Shown here piece after piece: positions 59,515 through 64,000 of a DNA stretch of 64,000 bases. Source of the DNA: Prorocentrum cordatum (taxonomy: Eukaryota); contig CAUYUJ010000067.1 of the NCBI GenBank assembly GCA_963575745.1, positions 1-64,000 on the forward strand, read 5' to 3'. A program made the translations under genes and the position numbers. The notes below the pieces were generated by a model. The model ran no database searches. It was not told the origin of the DNA and saw only the letters and a list, made by a program, of their open reading frames with translations. Within the stretch, counting starts at the first letter, position 1; each line of letters starts with the position of its first letter.

Positions 59515-61924
59515 GCGCCAGCGTCGGGTAATCGATGAGACAGCGTCGGTTTCTCGCGGAGGCTCGGCGGTCGAGGCTCGGGGGTCGAGGCCGGAGGAAG
59601 AGGCGGTGGCGTTCGGTCGCAGAGCCCCGGAAGCCCTGGATGTCCTCGCGGTCCCGTCTGTAGAGTGCAATGGCTCGAGGAAAAAACACCTGGACCCGAT
59701 ATCGGGCATTAGCTAAGCGGCCCTGGGCGTTTACTGAACAGCCTTGCCTTGTTCGATTTTCCCTTGGTGCGTTTACTGAACGGCTTCGTGTGTCGGGGTG
59801 ACGGGTGGCTACTGTGACGGTGGATGTTGTGTTCTCTGCTGGCGTGCGCCAGCGACGGGTGATCGATGAGACAGCGTCGACGAGCGTGGAATTCCCTTCG
59901 ATCAACGTCGATTCAGCTTCGACCCGCGCCGGCGAGCGTCGATGCGCGCAGATTAGCGTCGAGCCGCAAGAGCCAGCAAGATGCCATGGGAGGCACTCGT
60001 GAGTTGCCACCGAATAGTGAGGCGAAGATAGCAGCAGTCAGACAACGTGCGAGCTTCTCAGGAAACCATTTGGTGCCTCCTTCGGGTTCATGGGCCTATT
60101 AGGTGTTGTGTTGGGCTCTCACAAGGCGTTCGGGGGCTAGTAGGGCCGCCGTGAGGAACATTTGACTGGTTAGGTCTGTGTTGATTCGTCCTCGGAGCGC
60201 CTTGGCCGTTTCACGGCCGAGGAGACTGTGAGAAAGGAACAGGTTGAAGGCTGTTTCGTACAGCTTGTTTCTGGCTGAGCCCTACCAAACAGACCGCAAC
60301 GCGATTCTGAGACGCCCAACGTGCCACGGGAAACATTGAGGCATTCGCACCAGCCTAGATCTTTGCGAAGGTGGCCACAGCGTTGCGGGTCGGGCGTTGG
60401 GGCTGAGTCTGTTTCTTCTCCAGTTGCCACAAAGATGCAACTGTCTTCTGAGGGTGGTGGTGCTAACGCCTGCTGATCTGCTGGCCCTTCTCGGGCTCTC
60501 TCGCTTGTTCTGCTGCCAACTCCCGCTGCTGCTGCTGCGGCCGCTGCTTTTCTCCTGCTGCTGCTCATCGATCCCTCGCATCTGTTTTTGGCATGCATTC
60601 AAAGCGTGCCTCTACTGGCAGGTAGCAGCTTGATGTCAGCTTTCAAGCCTGCCACGCGAACGAGTGGGCGGAGCGCCATGTAATGCCTTCGCGAATGTCC
60701 TCGCGCTCGCGGACGGTCGCCGCTAGCCACGCCGCAGCTGTCGGGATTGTGCAGGGTCAGGCGCTTCGTCGCAACGCTCCCCTCCAATCCTGTTAACCCA
60801 CACGTGCATTTCGGGTTTAACGAAGTCGGTGATCGCCTTTTTCAGGCCACACGCGAAGAATAGCCTAGGTTGAGTACACCTCGGCACCGACGAGGGATGA
60901 GGAATAGGGGGGAACGAGGAGGGGGAGGAGGAAGAGGAATTGGCGAGGGACCCATTTCTCGGAACCCACTCCACGCCTGCAGGGTAATCAAGGCTTTATC
61001 TTCTGGCATTTGCCAAAGGGCGATCGCCGTCTTCGTCTACGCAGGGTAAGTTACGCTACAGTGCTTTTTAGCTTACTGGATACACTATGCCAGCCACACC
61101 GCACCACCACAATGCGTGCGTCGCGCTATGCTACGCTACGCTTCACACCACATCACGCATCAGGATACTCCATCATACTACTCAGCATCCTATCACGTTC
61201 TAGTATTCCCCGGTTTTTGACGAGACCCAAAACAGGGTTGCACTACGTGAGTTCACTCGGAGCAAATAGCACGGTTCCACCTCATGATATTGCGTTGGTG
61301 GTTTATTGTTATTGTATCCGCATTACCTCACTTGTTTCAGTATCCACATTTCTGATGCTGTTTTTTGTTCTCCAGACAGTGCTTGCACTTAGGGGTTCTT
61401 ACTCGTGCTCCTGAAGTAATGGGACACGTTCGCCGAGGATTTTCCACCTTGCCGCCTCGTGGGCGCTCGCGGACGCCTGATGCGCTGGGCGTGTCCGCCG
61501 AGGATGCGCCACGGTGCTGGCCATGCCGCCTTGTGGGCGCTCGTGGGCGCCCTGTGCGTTGGGTGGCTTCGCCGAAGTTGCGCCGCGTTGCCACCCGTGC
61601 CGTCTCGGGGGCGGTGCCCGGTGCTTTGAGCTTTAAGCTTGCACCACGTAGCTTACACCACATAGTTTGCACGACGTGGCTGGCACTACATCTCTTACAC
61701 CGCATAGCCTACACGACGTATATGATCCAGGGTTGCCCCCTCCCTGCCCCCCGCCGTGCAGGTGGGATTGAGCCCTCCCCCCCGCTGGATGCGTACGCCC
61801 ATGAGCCTCGCAAACGCGACGGCCTCGCGAATGGGGTCGCCCCCCACCCCCATGGTCGTGGCCTTGTGGGCGTGGCGTGGTGGCGGGTGCTGGTGCACCC
61901 CCCGCTCCTGCCCCTGTGGGTGTG

Positions 61925-61944
61925 GCGTCGTCCTCGTCGTCGTC

Positions 61945-61980
<36 letters not shown>

Positions 61981-62096
61981 CGCGGCGTCGGCGTCTGCGT
62001 CGGCGTCGGCGTCGGCGTTGGCGTCGGCGTCGGCGTCGGCGTCGGCGTTGGCGTCGGCGTTGGCGTCGGCGTCGGCGTGTGCGTCGTCGTCGACGT

Positions 62097-62128
<32 letters not shown>

Positions 62129-62265
62129 TCGGCGTCTGCGTCGTCGTCGACGTCGGCGTCAGCGTCGGCGTCGGCGTCTGCGTCGACGTCGGCGTCGGCG
62201 TCGGCGTCGGCTTCGGCGTCGGCGTCGGCTTCGGGGTCGGCGTCGGCGTCGGCCTCGGCTTCGTC
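61925..62265 (+). repeat. (GTC)n and (GGCGTC)n microsatellites
   Basis: Directly visible. Confidence 0.9.
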
Positions 62266-64000
62266 GTTCCCCCCCCAGGTCATCTGGGGGGTGGGCCTGT
62301 GGAGCCCTGGGGTCCATCCCACTGGGGGGAGGCCTGCGAACCCTCGACCCAAGATCATACAATTCACCACTTGGCTTAAACTATAGCTTGCATCACTGCG
62401 TGCTCACACCACAGCTTGCACCGCAGAGCTTCCACCTCTACCTTGCAGCAACTCACCGCCTTGGAGTCCACGTTGGCCAGCATTGTCAGAACTACGTGGG
62501 GCCAGGCTTGTCGGCCTCTTCCCAGGGACAGCCCTTTGCGACCTATAGCGCCTTTGCCTGTCTGAGAGCCCACAGCGGTCCCAAACGGCTGAAAATGACG
62601 AACCACATCCGTCTTTCTTTTTCCAAGTCGTTGGATGTCCGGGTTGATTTGGCTGTATCGTATCATTTTACATGACATTCCATGACGTCGTACTCGCCAG
62701 GGAAGCGGGCATCCGACGGCCGCTGTAAGGCTGCCCCCGGAAAATCGCAAGCTTGCCTGCCTGACTTGCGCGCGAAACTGCACCTGGACCCGCTGATCAA
62801 GTTTGACGTCTTGCCCTTTCGGAGGTTGCTTGGTCCTTTCTGCGGGATCAGGTGGTCAGGGCTGGACTCGGCTCGAAAACTTGTCAGGATGGACCCCGCG
62901 AGGGGTCGGCCAAATGATTTCGCGGCAGGCCTGGCCGTCCGAATGTGGTGACCCGATGGTGTCGCGACGTTTTTTGGGGACGCTGGTCTGGTTGAGCCCC
63001 GACTATATTCTCGTGCTATCCCACATAGTTCTGACAGAAACAGCTTCCCTGTATCGTGCCGACGGGTTGTTTGTCAACGTTGGTCCCAGTTGCGTCCTCG
63101 TGGATTTTCGATGGCACCCCATTTGAGGTCTGACGCTTTCCCCTGGAGTCCCCCAATAACGTTTTCATGTGGTTTCTCGATGTCTGTCCCGATTGATCCC
63201 CGATGGCATTTTGCTAGTGCCCCGACTGATTTGTGTCGTCGCATCGATCGCTCAAGCCAAGGCGCAGGGTAAGGCGAGGCATACCCCTTGTTCGTTGCAC
63301 GTGGGTAGCTTTGGAGTCCCAGGTTCCAATCACTTCCACTCGCCTTCCTATTTCAAGAGTCGAATGGTTCTCACTTGCCCTTCCTTTCCAGGGTGTGGGG
63401 GGGAACCCAATCTGTGTTCTACGCTTTCTCACTTTCTGGTGGACCTGCTTCTCCGAACGATAGGTACCCATACGGAGCTTGCAATGATGGGGCCTCTCTT
63501 GAGGTGCGAATATCTGCCCGGCAGCAGTGCCGCGCGTTCCTTGTCCCAGCCCCGTCCCCGACTCTCCCCCGGGCCCCGGTGCTGCACTCTGCCGCCACCA
63601 CTCTCTGATGTCCCTGCCCACGGCGGCCGCTGGGGACCCCCCTGTGCGTGGCACAGGAACCTGGGACTCCGAAGTTGCTGAGGGAGATCAGGCTCTGTTG
63701 CGCGTCACACGTGGATCATCGCGTGCCTCGCTGTGAGGCTGGTTGCATCGATGTGCACAGGACAGCGTCAACAGAGCACCATGCCGGTGGATCGGTTCTC
63801 CCCCCCCCACACTGCTGGAAACCGCACACCAAGCGCAAGAGATATCGAGGTTCGCCTGATCATCGCAACCATCATCTCCAACATTCGACTTCTTGGCTCA
63901 ACCGAAATCCGCATGCAGCTCGCTGTGGGCTGTGGGCAGCGGCCACAGCGAGCCCCAGCAGCATTCACTCTCAAGGTCCGCCCGAGCTGTGTCGGATGGC

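Noticed and set aside
61365..62675. 436 aa Arg-rich ORF
   Set aside because: It is open because of the (GTC)n/(GGCGTC)n microsatellite.

Overview
GC-rich, repeat-dominated eukaryotic DNA, almost certainly from a dinoflagellate: a 21/22 match to the dinoflagellate spliced leader lies at 53746-53767 on the minus strand. I recognise no intact host gene, rRNA, tRNA or CRISPR array. (1) 2641-22421 is a ~19.8 kb foldback-type element with ~2.1 kb terminal inverted repeats and a TATA target duplication. It shows no visible transposase and is filled with three related 145-160 bp satellites, one of which has a cruciform-forming unit. (2) ~28760-55450 is a three-level nest of non-LTR retrotransposons: an old + strand LINE is split inside its RT by a spliced-leader-headed - strand LINE (10-bp TSD CTACGGAGGG), and the (CT)n tract near that LINE's 3' end holds a ~16 kb giant LINE (31214-47171). 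The giant LINE is the most novel object. Besides ORF1 and an APE-RT-CCHC-RNase H pol, it carries ~6.5 kb of extra coding sequence with a PARP-like ADP-ribosyltransferase motif set, putative SH3-like, Cys-rich and ubiquitin-like segments, and hydrophobic segments. It also has 15 covarying bulged-C/UYCA RNA hairpins spaced roughly every 1.1-1.3 kb. The rest is simple repeats, satellites and degraded fragments. All domain calls were made by eye and need HMM or structure confirmation.
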